Notes: generated from the letters alone by a model not told the origin. 64,000 bases of DNA from Candidatus Hydrogenedentota bacterium (GCA_963668025.2 CAXXTH010000017.1:480001-544000); one strand, 5' to 3'; positions 38,726 through 49,876 are shown, counted from the stretch's first letter. Made by a program: numbers and translations.

Positions 38726-41700
38726 TTATTCACCCAGCACTTCACGTAATTTATTAATAAGCTGGGCGGTCTGATACGGTTTTTGAATAAACCCGGCAAG
38801 GCCTTTTCCGGCAAAGCGATCGGAGATTTCCTGTTCATTGTAGCCGCTGGTGAGAATCACCGGGATGCCCTCCTGGCGGTGGCGAAGCTCGCGGAACGTC
38901 TCTTCGCCATCCATGTGCGGCATGGTGAGATCCAGTAATACGCACGAGATCTCGGGACCTCGCTGCTGGCACAGGACAAGGGCTTCCCGCCCGTCCGAAG
39001 CCGTAAGCACTTCAAATCCGATGCGCTCCAACATGCGTTTGCCCACGGCCCGCACGCTTTCCTCGTCGTCCACCAAGAGCACAACGCCGTTGCCCCTCCA
39101 GGTGCGGGCGTTTGCCTGTTCACGCCGGGACATGTCGATGGGCTTGTCGGCGGCGGGCAAGAGCACCTTGATGGTAGTGCCTTTGCCAGGCTCGCTATAG
39201 ACCTTGATGGCCCCACGATGGCCCCGCACGATGCCAAGCACCGCCGCGAGGCCAAGGCCGCGCCCGGTGAATTTGGTGGTGAAAAAGGGATCAAAGATCC
39301 GCTGCCGCGTCTCCGCGTCCATGCCGCATCCGCTGTCGGCCACTTCGAAATACACGTAGAACGCTGGCGGCAATTGTTCGTCGAGAAAAGTCTCGCGCAA
39401 ATAGGTTTCATCACATTCGATGGCCCCGGTATTAACGGAGATCACCCCGCTTTTATCTCCCACGGCGTCGGAGGCGTTTGTAATCAGATTCATGATGATC
39501 TGGCGGATTTGGGTCGGGTCCGCCTCGATAGGCGGGAGGTTGTCCGCGAAGTAGTATTTCAACACCGCCTTCTTCGATATGGATACTTCGAGCAGATGAG
39601 CCATTTCTTCTACGAGTTCATTGATATGGAGCACTTGGACTTCAAAGCGCCCTTTGCCCGAATAAGCGAGCATCTGTTTGCATAACTCCGCCGCCCGCCG
39701 CGCCGCCCGTTCGATATCCCGCACATTATCCCGGGCGGGAGACACCGGCGACAGATCGAGCAAGGCCAGATCGGCATTGCCCAAGATGCTCATCAGCAGA
39801 TTATTAAAATCGTGCGCAATGCCTCCCGCGAGCACGCCCAAACTCTCCAGCTTTTGCGCATTGAGTATTTGAGCCTCGAGGCGGCGCTGTTCTTCCTCGG
39901 CGCGAACCCGGTCTGTAATGACTTCGACAAATAGGATGATCCCATCTATGTGGCCAGTCACGCACCGCCACGGATGAATTTCCCATTTGAGCCAATCCGC
40001 CGCGCCGCTGGCGCGTGTGTACATGCTCCGTTCCGAGCGTTCCGGAATCCCCGACAGGCCGCGGGCGCACGCCTCAATCCAATTCTCGGGCAAGAATCCG
40101 CCGAAGACTTCATGGAAACAACGCCCGATAATGGAATCCGCGCCGGAATGAAAATATTGGACCCATCGCTGGCTGGTGACGAGATAATTCATTTCACGGT
40201 CAAGCATGGCTACGGCAAGCGGCGCATGTTCGATAATGAGGCGGAGTTTTTCTTCGCTTTCCCGCAATGCTTCTTCGGCTCGTTTGGCTTGGGTGACCTC
40301 GAGGTCAATGCCCACCAAGCCGGTAATCGCGCCGCCGTTTTCCCGTAACGCGACGCGCGACGCGAGGTACCAGCGTTCATTGCCCCCATTTGTTTGGACA
40401 CATATAGGCTGGTCCAATATGTTGCGGCCGCTCCGGAGCACATCGGCATCGCTCACCAATGGATGGGCAAGCCGGCGCCGGACCGGCAAATCGTCTTCCC
40501 GATTGCCGAAAAGGCGCTGAGGTTCCACCCCAAGCTCTTGGATGAGGCACTCATTTGCGGTGACGAAGCGCTGCTGCAAGTCTTTTGCGAAGATGGGGCA
40601 CGGGATGCTGTCAATAATCGTCCGCAGTAGATTGCGTTCATGGGCTATGGCCTCTTCCGCCCGTTTGCGCTCTTCGATTTCGTGGGCGAGGGAGGCGTTG
40701 GCGAGGGATAATTCCGCCGTGCGGACCAAGACATTGCGCTCTAATTCTTCACGAACCGAGCTCAAAGTGTTCTCGGCTTCTTTGCGCGCCGTGATATCGT
40801 TACCCACCGAGAAAACCTCGGAAACGTTGCCCTCTTGATCAAAGAGCGGCTTATTGGTCCACGCCACCCATACCCGTTCGCCGCCACGGCGGATATTTTC
40901 ATTCTCATTATTGGCGTATTGTTCCGGGTGGCAGGGTATGTCGCCGATATGAGCTTTCAGATCTCGGCCGCTGGACTCCGTCTCGGGGACAATGGTTCCC
41001 ACGAGGGGGCGCCCTATGATTTCGTGTTCTTCATAGCCAAAGAATTCGAGGGCGAACCGGTTCAGGAATGTGATGCGCCCGTCCGCCGTCCATCGCAGAA
41101 TGATGCTATTGGTGCATTGCACCAGATCCCGGTATCGGGCCTCACTTTCGGCGAGAACATCTTTCGCATGGGCGCGCTCTTCGGTCATGGAAGCCAGCAC
41201 CAAAAACGAAGCGCCTGATATGGCCAGAAAGATCTGGAGGGCATGCATATTTTGGCTGATGTCGGCGGCCATATAGAAGCCCTGGCCCGACAAAGCTTCC
41301 CGGGTGGTGATCAGCGCAAGGACCGCCGTGGCCGTGGCCGCGCCCCGAGGCCCGAAGCGGATGGCCGCCCAGAGCATCATCGGGAGAGGCGCATATAAAA
41401 GAGAAGGATACCGGCTGGAATCCTCATCGGATTTGCAAAACACCAACACTCCCACTAGCGCCAGTGATGCCGCCAGGATAAGCGCTTCCATGTATCGAGG
41501 ATGCTTCAGGCGAGGCACGGGCAGCCGCATCCAGGCCAGAATGCACGGCGTGAGCGCCAGATGGGCTAGGGAGTCTCCCATAAACCAGGCCGTCCAGGCT
41601 TCCCAATATCCGGCCCTTGCGTTGCATGCCGCTACAGCGCCGGGAAAAGCTGCAAGCATCGGGGCCGCAAGCGCCGCAACTAGAATATACCAGGTGGTTT

Positions 41701-42145
41701 CGCGCACCGTGGTGAAGCATTGGGATGGGCCTATCACTCGGCGAAGGATTCCCGCCGCCGCCAGCGTTTCGGCCGCCCGCGAAGCGAAGATGCCCGCCGA
41801 AACGCCCCACGAAACGTTTCCCCCGCTGTCGCCAGCAAATTGGCCCACGGCTGCCGCCAGCAGATACACCCCCCATTGCCGGGGAGGCGACAGCATCAGC
41901 GCCGCTAGGAGCACGGCGCTTGAGGGCCATATAGGAGCGCCGCCGCCGGGCTCGAGGGCCGCCCATGCGCCCAATCGCACGCCAAAGGCATAAGCTATGC
42001 CCACCGCTAGTCCTGCCGCACAAATCCAGCAAGCGGTGTTTATCGAAATGCTCGCGCCTTTTTTGTGCAATGGATTAAGGCTCCTATGGGCAGAGGCTGC
42101 CAGCGGAATGGCCATGCGCCAGCAAGCCAGATTATTCCCCCACAC
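38726..42145 (-). CDS. MASE1/PAS hybrid sensor histidine kinase with receiver domain
   Basis: MASE1 TMs, three PAS, LAGGIAHDFNN, NLITNA, FTTKFTGRGLGL, VLLVDDE...LDLTMP; start uncertain. Confidence 0.9.
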   Translation of the reverse strand: MWGNNLACWRMAIPLAASAHRSLNPLHKKGASISINTACWICAAGLAVGIAYAFGVRLGAWAALEPGGGAPIWPSSAVLLAALMLSPPRQWGVYLLAAAVGQFAGDSGGNVSWGVSAGIFASRAAETLAAAGILRRVIGPSQCFTTVRETTWYILVAALAAPMLAAFPGAVAACNARAGYWEAWTAWFMGDSLAHLALTPCILAWMRLPVPRLKHPRYMEALILAASLALVGVLVFCKSDEDSSRYPSLLYAPLPMMLWAAIRFGPRGAATATAVLALITTREALSGQGFYMAADISQNMHALQIFLAISGASFLVLASMTEERAHAKDVLAESEARYRDLVQCTNSIILRWTADGRITFLNRFALEFFGYEEHEIIGRPLVGTIVPETESSGRDLKAHIGDIPCHPEQYANNENENIRRGGERVWVAWTNKPLFDQEGNVSEVFSVGNDITARKEAENTLSSVREELERNVLVRTAELSLANASLAHEIEERKRAEEAIAHERNLLRTIIDSIPCPIFAKDLQQRFVTANECLIQELGVEPQRLFGNREDDLPVRRRLAHPLVSDADVLRSGRNILDQPICVQTNGGNERWYLASRVALRENGGAITGLVGIDLEVTQAKRAEEALRESEEKLRLIIEHAPLAVAMLDREMNYLVTSQRWVQYFHSGADSIIGRCFHEVFGGFLPENWIEACARGLSGIPERSERSMYTRASGAADWLKWEIHPWRCVTGHIDGIILFVEVITDRVRAEEEQRRLEAQILNAQKLESLGVLAGGIAHDFNNLLMSILGNADLALLDLSPVSPARDNVRDIERAARRAAELCKQMLAYSGKGRFEVQVLHINELVEEMAHLLEVSISKKAVLKYYFADNLPPIEADPTQIRQIIMNLITNASDAVGDKSGVISVNTGAIECDETYLRETFLDEQLPPAFYVYFEVADSGCGMDAETRQRIFDPFFTTKFTGRGLGLAAVLGIVRGHRGAIKVYSEPGKGTTIKVLLPAADKPIDMSRREQANARTWRGNGVVLLVDDEESVRAVGKRMLERIGFEVLTASDGREALVLCQQRGPEISCVLLDLTMPHMDGEETFRELRHRQEGIPVILTSGYNEQEISDRFAGKGLAGFIQKPYQTAQLINKLREVLGE

Positions 42146-42473
42146 ATTCTCTTTATCTCAGAAGACGGTTTTTCGCCGTGCAAACTCCCCCGAGGCGCGC
42201 GAACGTTATAACATCATATACCATACCTGTTTGAATCGTATCCGCGCCACTTTTTGATAGGCTTGGAGTATTCCGCAACCTAATATCCGTTGAGTTATCA
42301 ATGGCGGCGGTTTTTAATTTAACCGTATTATAATGATGCGTTCCATGTGATATCATGGAACTCCCCCTGCACATGGCTGAATACAAGTTCCATTGGCTTG
42401 CCAAAGGAGCGAAGCTTTTATAAAAGCTATAATTGCAGCTTATTTTGAAAAAGAGTATAACGCAACGCTAAGC

Positions 42474-42502
42474 TTGCCCGCCAGTAAAAAAATTGCTAAG
42501 AT
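42474..42502 (+). promoter_or_regulatory. Possible sigma-70 promoter
   Basis: TTGCCC-N17-TAAGAT with extended TG, ~30 bp before the GT9 gene. Confidence 0.4.
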
Positions 42503-42531
42503 GCTGTTTTTAAACAAGATAAGGTCTTTTG

Positions 42532-43590
42532 ATGAAACAAGGAAGCCCACGTATTCTCATTATTCGATTAAGCGCCATAGGCGATGTCGTGCGCGCGCTG
42601 CCCATACTGCATGTGTTGCGTGAGGCCCTTCCGAACGCGCGGATCGATTGGATTGTCGAACGCCGCTCGGCGGCGGTTGTTGAAGGCCACCCCTACCTGG
42701 ACACGTTGCATATTTTCGAACGCCAGAAACAATTCTGGCCATCTCTTCAGGCCTTCCGTGAACTGTGCCGCACGATTCGCGCGGAACAGTACGATATCGT
42801 TTTGGACGCCCATGGCATTCTTAAGAGCGGGGTGCTCATGGCGTGCTCAGGGGCCCGGCGGCGTATAGGATTCGCCCCGCCGCGCGCACAAGAACTGAGC
42901 TATCTCTTTAGCAACCGGCGCGTACGGCTGGGCAAGGCTCCCTTGAACCGGGTCGAAGAAAACCTTCAGTTATGCCACTGCGTCACGCCGCGGGTCACCT
43001 ACCCTTCCGTGACGATTTACGTGCCGACCGACGTACAGGAACATGTGGACCGGTTTTTCGATGAAACGTTTGATGGCGGCAAGTATGTGCTGGCGGTGCA
43101 TGCCCCGGTTGAACGTCCGGAAAAACAATGGCCGCTCGATTATTTTGCCGCGTTATGTGATTTGTTGCTAGCCGACGGCCGTTATGACGTGCTTCTTACT
43201 TGGGGGCCAGGGCAATTCGAGATCGCGGAACAGGTGATGCATGCTTGCCGCCGCAAGCCGGTCATGGCTCCGGAAACGCCCGATTTAAAGCATTACGCCT
43301 GGCTTATTCACCGGGCGAATCTGTATTTCGGAGGCGATACGGGGCCTATGCACATCGCTTCCGCCATGGGAACTCCCGTGGTGGCCGTATTCGGCGGTAC
43401 GGACCCCGTCCGACATGCGCCTTACCGTCCTCCGCGCAAAGTGCTCTATACGCAAGATGAGCCGGGCTGGCGGCGCATGCCCGCAAAAGAACGCTTGCGG
43501 CGCATTACCCCGGAAATGGCCTACGACGCCTGCGTCCGCTTGCTGGCCGAAACCCATTCGCCCGCATCGAGTGGCTCGAGCTTCGATTAA
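42532..43590 (+). CDS. GT9 ADP-heptose:LPS heptosyltransferase family
   Basis: ILIIRLSAIGDVV, KQWP, GGDTGPMHIASAMGTPVVAVFG. Confidence 0.9.
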   Translation: MKQGSPRILIIRLSAIGDVVRALPILHVLREALPNARIDWIVERRSAAVVEGHPYLDTLHIFERQKQFWPSLQAFRELCRTIRAEQYDIVLDAHGILKSGVLMACSGARRRIGFAPPRAQELSYLFSNRRVRLGKAPLNRVEENLQLCHCVTPRVTYPSVTIYVPTDVQEHVDRFFDETFDGGKYVLAVHAPVERPEKQWPLDYFAALCDLLLADGRYDVLLTWGPGQFEIAEQVMHACRRKPVMAPETPDLKHYAWLIHRANLYFGGDTGPMHIASAMGTPVVAVFGGTDPVRHAPYRPPRKVLYTQDEPGWRRMPAKERLRRITPEMAYDACVRLLAETHSPASSGSSFD

Positions 43591-43820
43591 GCCTGCGCAA
43601 GTTGTTCGTCCGCCAAAAAAAAAGGATCCAGCGGCCATTGATGTGCAAGCTAAATCCGTTCTAGCGTTTCACTCCGTTTGTGTACACATGCGGCATACAA
43701 AAATGGCGTTTTGAGAAAGAGATTTAGACCACGGTGGAAAAATGGATTTGAATACCGCAAAATAGAAGTCAGGAATTGAGCAGCGCCTATTCGAAAGGAA
43801 GGAAGGAAGGCAGAATACTC

Positions 43821-44234
43821 ATGTGTGCCGAAAACGAATCGTCCTACCACGGCTCGGAAGGCTCCACCCAATGGGATGCCCTGCCTATTCTGGATATAAA
43901 CCGGTTGCTTGTCGCTTCGCAAGGCGATACGAGCCTTATTGAGATGATCATAGACTTGTTTCTGGACAAAGCGCCTGAGCAGATCACCGCATTACAGAAC
44001 TTTCTTCATGCCGAACAGATCAACCACGCGGCATTGTCGGCGCATACGCTTAAAGGTTCAGCGGCTGAAGTGGGCGGAAGCCGCTTGCGGGGATTGGCGG
44101 AGTCCATCGAATATGCGGCCAGGGACGGGAAAATGCCTTTACAACTCGATTGCGAGGAGCTCTTGCAGCACGAATTTTTAGCCCTGTGTGAAGCATTACG
44201 CACAACGGATTGGAGCGCAGCAGAAGACGAATAG
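43821..44234 (+). CDS. Hpt domain protein
   Basis: AHTLKGSAAEVG phosphoacceptor motif. Confidence 0.88.
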   Translation: MCAENESSYHGSEGSTQWDALPILDINRLLVASQGDTSLIEMIIDLFLDKAPEQITALQNFLHAEQINHAALSAHTLKGSAAEVGGSRLRGLAESIEYAARDGKMPLQLDCEELLQHEFLALCEALRTTDWSAAEDE

Positions 44235-44295
44235 GCTTCATCTTACTCTTGCCGCTTGCATAAAACCTCGACAATAGGTTTCCCTAATCGCTTAA

Positions 44296-44508
44296 CATGG
44301 AATGCGCAGGCTCACCTTCTTGGGGAAGCCAAGTCATTTTCAACGCGTGGAGAACGCAAAGCATCGCAGAGAATCCACTCTTCTCTATTCTCGAATGTGC
44401 GAATAAATTGTTCGAGAGTAATCTTTTCTACTTTGCAGATCTCCGCGTTGAAAATGACTGTCTATATCGAGTAGTAAAAATATCAAGTATTATAAAACAA
44501 TCTTATCC
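44296..44508. repeat. Second copy of the 2456-2684 repeat (hairpin 44333-44458)
   Basis: Colinear similarity over ~210 bp; stem gtcattttcaacgc...gcgttgaaaatgac. Confidence 0.85.
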
Positions 44509-44559
44509 GGCGATTTTTGAAGTTTCTCTATATCGAGCCCTTGCCAGCCTGATGAATGT

Positions 44560-44940
44560 TCATGTATCGGAGTATTGCTCAGGCCGAAGCCCGATGTTGA
44601 CAATACTGCACGCGTGTATCGCCTCAAGGCCCTTCGCCTGGGCGGCGGCAAGCACTTCATCGTCCGCTGCGCCTGGATTAAAAAAAACTTCTTTCGGGTG
44701 TTTGGCGGCAATGGCGCCAAGAAGTGTCATTCCCACGCGGGGGGGCACGTATAGCGAAACCCGGTCAAGCGGTTCGGGCACATCCGAGATGGACGCATAA
44801 CAGGGAATGCCCTCGATGGCGGTCTCCTTAGGATTCACGGGATATACCGTCCAGCCGCCGTCACGAAATGCGCGGACAGCTTTGTTCCCATATTTGCTTC
44901 GATCCGCTGAAGCGCCGATAATCGCAATGGACTGGCCCAT
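44560..44940 (-). CDS. CoA-binding protein (YccU-like)
   Basis: IAIIGASADRSKYG, VYPVNP, FFNPGA; AGGAGG RBS. Confidence 0.9.
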   Translation of the reverse strand: MGQSIAIIGASADRSKYGNKAVRAFRDGGWTVYPVNPKETAIEGIPCYASISDVPEPLDRVSLYVPPRVGMTLLGAIAAKHPKEVFFNPGAADDEVLAAAQAKGLEAIHACSIVNIGLRPEQYSDT

Positions 44941-44954
44941 GGCGGCCTCCTTTC

Positions 44955-46178
44955 TCATGTGTTGTAATGGGAATTGACATATTCGTCGATAATCCGGCAA
45001 AACTCCGTGGCGAGATGTTCTGGTTCGCCCTCAAGTGACAAGCGTTTCTCGCCGTCGATGAAGACCGGGCATCGCGGGGCTTCGCCCGCACCCGGCAGGC
45101 TGATGCCGATATTCGCGGACTTGGATTCGCCGGGGCCGTTCACCACGCACCCCATGACGGCCAGCTTTAACGTCTCAACGCCTTTACGCGATTTGCGCCA
45201 TTGGGGCATCTGGAGGCGGATATGGGCCTGCACCCGTTCCGCAAGCTGCTGGAACGTGGCGCTCGTCGTGCGGCCGCAACCAGGGCAGGAAGTAATACTG
45301 GGGGCGAATTGCCGTAACCCGAGCGATTGCAACACTTCGCAGGCGGCATACACCTCCTCGCGCCGGTCGCCTCCCGGGCGTGGAGTGATCGACACCCGGA
45401 TAGTGTCGCCTATGCCTTCCGCGAGCAGAATGGCTAAGGCGGTCGAAGACCACACAAGGCCTTTCATACCCATGCCGGCTTCCGTAAGCCCTAGATGAAG
45501 GGGCTGATTTGTACGCGCGGACAGCTCGCGGTAAATCTGCACCAAGTGCAGCGGGGTGGAGGTCTTGCACGAAATAATGATCTGGTCTGGCCGCATGCCG
45601 CTTTCGAGAGCCCGCTCCGTCGATTCAAGCGCGGAAAGCACCATGCACTCGCTCAGCACCTCCTCCGAGGTCCGGCCAAGGGCGTTTTTCGTGTTTTCCT
45701 CCATCTTGCGCGCCACGAGTTCTTGGTTCAGCGAGCCCGCGTTCACTCCAATACGGACCGGCTTGCCATGCTCAGCGGCGATGCGGCAGATGGCGCTAAA
45801 GCGTTCGTCTCGCGATTTGCCATGGCCGACGTTGCCAGGATTAATACGATACTTGGATAACGCCTGGGCGCACTCGGGATGCTCCGCCAGGAGTTTATGT
45901 CCGTTATAATGGAAATCGCCGATGATGGGCACGGAACAGCCTGCGTCCCGCACGCGGGCATGAATCGCCCCTACCGCCGCCGCCGCTTCAGCCGTGTTCA
46001 CGGTGATGCGGACCAACTCCGACCCCGCATCCGCCAGCGCCACAATCTGTTCCGCCGTGGCCGCCGCGTCGGCGGTTTCGGTATTGGTCATGCATTGGAC
46101 CACCACCGGAGCGCCGCCGCCCACGGCGACACTGTCTATCATTACGCGTATAGTTTCACGCCGGTTCGCAAGTATCAT
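44955..46178 (-). CDS. ispG: HMBPP synthase IspG
   Basis: GDFHYNGH, RINPGN, RIGVNAGS, LHLGLTEAG, CPGCGRT, MGCVVNGPGES. Confidence 0.95.
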   Translation of the reverse strand: MILANRRETIRVMIDSVAVGGGAPVVVQCMTNTETADAAATAEQIVALADAGSELVRITVNTAEAAAAVGAIHARVRDAGCSVPIIGDFHYNGHKLLAEHPECAQALSKYRINPGNVGHGKSRDERFSAICRIAAEHGKPVRIGVNAGSLNQELVARKMEENTKNALGRTSEEVLSECMVLSALESTERALESGMRPDQIIISCKTSTPLHLVQIYRELSARTNQPLHLGLTEAGMGMKGLVWSSTALAILLAEGIGDTIRVSITPRPGGDRREEVYAACEVLQSLGLRQFAPSITSCPGCGRTTSATFQQLAERVQAHIRLQMPQWRKSRKGVETLKLAVMGCVVNGPGESKSANIGISLPGAGEAPRCPVFIDGEKRLSLEGEPEHLATEFCRIIDEYVNSHYNT

Positions 46179-46342
46179 TTTCTTTAGCAACTCCTGCTTT
46201 TTCGTAACAATGAACGCTCGATAAATCCTACCCTGAGAGATGCAAGCGAGGCAATCAATGCCTATTTCTTGACATGTTCCCCTCTGTATAAGGCATGATA
46301 CCATTTTACTGGGAAGTTCTCCGAGAAAGGCAACCGCACCGC

Positions 46343-47776
46343 ATGGCATCTCTTGAAAAACCGTTACGCGTGCTGCTCGTTACACCATTGAGCAGCAATT
46401 CGACGCTATGTATTGCGGATCTCGGGCTTGGTTTTTTGGCTACCGCCGCACGGGATGCCGGCGCGGTCGTGGATATGCTGGATTGTACGCGCGACGGGCT
46501 GGACATGGCGGGATTCGAAGCGCGGGTGCGGGAATTTAACCCGGATGTGCTCGGTATAAAAGCATTCTCCATTAATGTGAGTTCCGTCAATGCCATGTCT
46601 CAAACCGTCCGGCGCATTTTGCCGGATGTCCAGATAATTGTAGGCGGCCCTCATCCTTCGGCCAGTCCAGATACGGTGCTTGATGAGCTTCCGCAAGTGG
46701 ATTTCGCCTTTCGAGGAGAAGGGGAACGGGCGTTTGTACAGTGGCTGTCGTGTGTCGCGGACAACCGTTTAGAGCCAGACGACTTGAAAGATATTCCTGG
46801 CCTCATTTATCGCCTCCAGGATTCATCCGCCGCCAACGAACCGGACATCGATGTGGATATTTCCAAAATTGGGATGCCCGCATGGGATTTACTCCAGCCT
46901 GAAAAATACATGCGATTCGAGCCTATGTGGTCATTCCCAAAGACTCAAGGCCCCGCCGCGCCGATCAATCTAGTTCGAGGATGCCCGTTCAAATGCCGCT
47001 ATTGCGCCATGCATATCATCACGCACCATAATGTGCGCATGCGCAACATCGATTCCGTTATTCAGGAATTATTGCTTCTGCGTGACCGGCATGACGTGAC
47101 CGAATTTCATATCGTGGATGATTTTTTCACGCAAAAACGCGACTATGCCTTGGCGTTTTGCCGTGCGCTAAAACAAGCCCGCGTGAATCTGCCGTGGTGT
47201 ATGCCCATAGGCGCGAGAATAGATTCATTTGACGCGGAATTGCTCCATGCGCTCGAGGATGCGGGCTGTTATGGAGTGGCCTTGGGACTCGAGTCTGGTT
47301 CTGATCGGGTGTTGGACTTCATGCGCAAGCGGCTCACCGCCGAAGAAATCGAGACTTCCATGGCCCTGCTGCGCCGGGAAACCTCTTGGTGGGTCCATGG
47401 CTTTTTTTTGATGGGCATTCCCACGGAAACCCGCGAAGAAATGATACAGACCATTGAATTCGCACGAAAACTGCCGCTGCACTCCGCGACGTTTTCAACA
47501 TTCCGGCTATATAAAGGCACCTGGTTTTATAACTATGTCATGGAGCATGAAGCCCATTTGATTGATCCGGTGTATGGCATTGAGAAAGGCTATGCCCCGG
47601 AAGGAATGACAGTCCGAGACATGCAGCGTATGCGCCTTTATGCATACTGGCGGTTTTTCTCCACACCGGGGCGTATTTTTAAAGCATTATCTTGTATACA
47701 TTCGTGGCGTTCATTATGTTTTACTTGTACAAAGATCCGCCAGCGCATGCTCCCAGCCAAAGAGCTTACTTTTTGA
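46343..47776 (+). CDS. B12-binding radical SAM protein
   Basis: VGGPHPS, GEGE, RGCPFKCRYC (CxxxCxxC), LESGS. Confidence 0.9.
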   Translation: MASLEKPLRVLLVTPLSSNSTLCIADLGLGFLATAARDAGAVVDMLDCTRDGLDMAGFEARVREFNPDVLGIKAFSINVSSVNAMSQTVRRILPDVQIIVGGPHPSASPDTVLDELPQVDFAFRGEGERAFVQWLSCVADNRLEPDDLKDIPGLIYRLQDSSAANEPDIDVDISKIGMPAWDLLQPEKYMRFEPMWSFPKTQGPAAPINLVRGCPFKCRYCAMHIITHHNVRMRNIDSVIQELLLLRDRHDVTEFHIVDDFFTQKRDYALAFCRALKQARVNLPWCMPIGARIDSFDAELLHALEDAGCYGVALGLESGSDRVLDFMRKRLTAEEIETSMALLRRETSWWVHGFFLMGIPTETREEMIQTIEFARKLPLHSATFSTFRLYKGTWFYNYVMEHEAHLIDPVYGIEKGYAPEGMTVRDMQRMRLYAYWRFFSTPGRIFKALSCIHSWRSLCFTCTKIRQRMLPAKELTF

Positions 47777-47952
47777 CATGCCGCTCGATCGTTAGGAAAT
47801 AGGTGTGTGTGCAGTTGTCGGCAATCGCCAGGCCCATTGAACCTCAGATGAGCCGATACGCCTGAAATCGGGTGTTTAACATGGGCTTGGGGATAGTTTT
47901 GGAGTTTGGTTGCAGCCCACGGGGAAAGCCTTTTATGATATGCCCCTTATGG

Positions 47953-47968
47953 CGGCATGAAATTTGCT
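47953..47968 (+). promoter_or_regulatory. Possible sigma-54 promoter of moxR-bat operon
   Basis: CGGCAT-N5-TTGCT (GG-N10-GC) ~47 bp upstream of moxR. Confidence 0.4.
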
Positions 47969-48014
47969 CTCTACCCATATGGTAAAGGAACATCAGCAAT
48001 AGGAGTTCAAGGAT

Positions 48015-49004
48015 ATGGCGGTGGATGTGAAACAAATTGGCGAACGGGTTGAACGCGAAAGCGGGCTCATCGGGCGGGTCCGTGAGGAAGTGCGTAAAGT
48101 CATCATCGGCCAGGAATACCTGATCGACCGTTTGCTATTGGCGTTATTATGCAACAACCATGTGCTGATCGAGGGCGTTCCCGGCTTGGCCAAGACCTTG
48201 AGCGTCACCACGCTCGCCCGGGCCGTGCAATGCACGTTCCACCGTATCCAATTCACGCCCGACCTGCTCCCCGCCGATGTCATCGGGACGCTGATTTATG
48301 ACCCAAAGAACGGCGGTTTTGTTGTGAAGAAAGGCCCCGTGTTTGCCCAGATCATCCTGGCCGACGAAATCAACCGCGCCCCCGCTAAAGTGCAAAGCGC
48401 GCTGCTCGAGGCCATGCAGGAACGCCAAGTCACCATCGGCGATGAAACGCATCCCCTGCAAGAGCCTTTCTTGGTGCTCGCCACTCAAAATCCCATCGAG
48501 CAAGAAGGCACATATCCCCTGCCGGAAGCGCAGGTCGACCGTTTTATGCTCAAACTAAAGGTGACATATCCCTCGAAGGAGGAGGAACACCGCATTTTGA
48601 AGCGCATGGCGCGCTCGAAAATGGATGTTTCCGTATCGCCTGTAATCGAGCCAGGCGATATTTTGCGGCTGCGCGAGCTGGCCGACGAGATTTACATGGA
48701 TGACAAGATCGAGGAGTACATCGTGAATCTCGTCGAGTGTACGCGCAATACCAGCGCATACCAGCTCAACATCGGCAATTTGATCCGGTATGGGGCTTCA
48801 CCGCGCGCCACCATTTATCTTGCCATGGCTTCCCGCGCCCATGCCTTGCTGCAAGGCCGGGGGTATGTGACGCCTCAAGATGTGAAATCCATCGCCATGG
48901 ATGTGCTGCGCCATCGTGTCATCCTCAGCTACGAAGCCGAGGCTGAAGAGAAAACGCCGGAAGACCTCGTCAAGCAAATCCTCGATCGGGTGGAGGTGCC
49001 ATGA
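48015..49004 (+). CDS. moxR: MoxR AAA+ ATPase
   Basis: EGVPGLAKT, RIQFTPDLLPAD, DEINRAPAKVQSALL, ATQNPIEQEGTYPLPEAQVDRF. Confidence 0.95.
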   Translation: MAVDVKQIGERVERESGLIGRVREEVRKVIIGQEYLIDRLLLALLCNNHVLIEGVPGLAKTLSVTTLARAVQCTFHRIQFTPDLLPADVIGTLIYDPKNGGFVVKKGPVFAQIILADEINRAPAKVQSALLEAMQERQVTIGDETHPLQEPFLVLATQNPIEQEGTYPLPEAQVDRFMLKLKVTYPSKEEEHRILKRMARSKMDVSVSPVIEPGDILRLRELADEIYMDDKIEEYIVNLVECTRNTSAYQLNIGNLIRYGASPRATIYLAMASRAHALLQGRGYVTPQDVKSIAMDVLRHRVILSYEAEAEEKTPEDLVKQILDRVEVP

Positions 49005-49876
49005 CGCCCGAGGAGCTGGCAAAAAAAGTCCGCTTCATCCAAATCCACTCGAAGAAGACGGTAAACGATGTCCTTTCTGGCGAATACCATAGCGTCTTCA
49101 AAGGGCAGGGCATGGAATTCGAGGAGGTGCGGGAATACCTTCCGGGCGATGAAGTGCGCAGCATCGATTGGAATGTCACGGCCCGCATGGGCAAGCCCTT
49201 TGTGAAACGCTTCCGCGAGGAGCGCGAGCTGACCATTCTGTTTCTGGTGGATTTGTCCGCCTCGGGCGCATTCGGCTCCGCCAGCCAAATGAAGAATGAA
49301 ATCGCCACCGAGTTATGCGCTCTTATCGCGTTTTCTGCCGTCAAAAACAACGACAAAGTAGGGCTCATCCTCTTTACGGACCAAGTCGAGCTGTTTATCC
49401 CACCCGCCAAGGGCGTGGCCCATGTGCTGCGGCTTATTCGAGAGTTGCTGGCTTTTACGCCCCGCCACAAACGCACCAATATCACCGCTGGGCTCGATTA
49501 CTTGGGCCGTGTCACCACTAAGCGCTGCATCGTATTTCTCGTATCGGATTTCTGGGGTGAAGGCTTCGAGCGCTCCATGCGCATCGCCAGCAAGCGCCAC
49601 GACCTGGTGTCTGTGGCGGTGTCGGACCCGCGTGAAACCTGTATGCCCGATGTGGGCCTCGTGGAGCTTGAAGACGCGGAGACGGGCGAGGCGTACCTGC
49701 TCGATACCAGCAGCGCCGCCGTACGCAAACGCTATGAGCAGCTCGGCGTGGAACGCGTTGCCCGGTTGCGGAACCTGTTCGCCTCCATGGATGTGGACCA
49801 TGTCGCGGTAAGCACGGATAAAGATTACACCCGCGAACTGGTGCGCTTCTTCCGCCAGCGGGAGCGGAGGCGGTAG
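49001..49876 (+). CDS. DUF58 family protein
   Basis: GMEFEEVREYLPGDEVRSIDWNVTAR. Confidence 0.93.
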   Translation: MTPEELAKKVRFIQIHSKKTVNDVLSGEYHSVFKGQGMEFEEVREYLPGDEVRSIDWNVTARMGKPFVKRFREERELTILFLVDLSASGAFGSASQMKNEIATELCALIAFSAVKNNDKVGLILFTDQVELFIPPAKGVAHVLRLIRELLAFTPRHKRTNITAGLDYLGRVTTKRCIVFLVSDFWGEGFERSMRIASKRHDLVSVAVSDPRETCMPDVGLVELEDAETGEAYLLDTSSAAVRKRYEQLGVERVARLRNLFASMDVDHVAVSTDKDYTRELVRFFRQRERRR

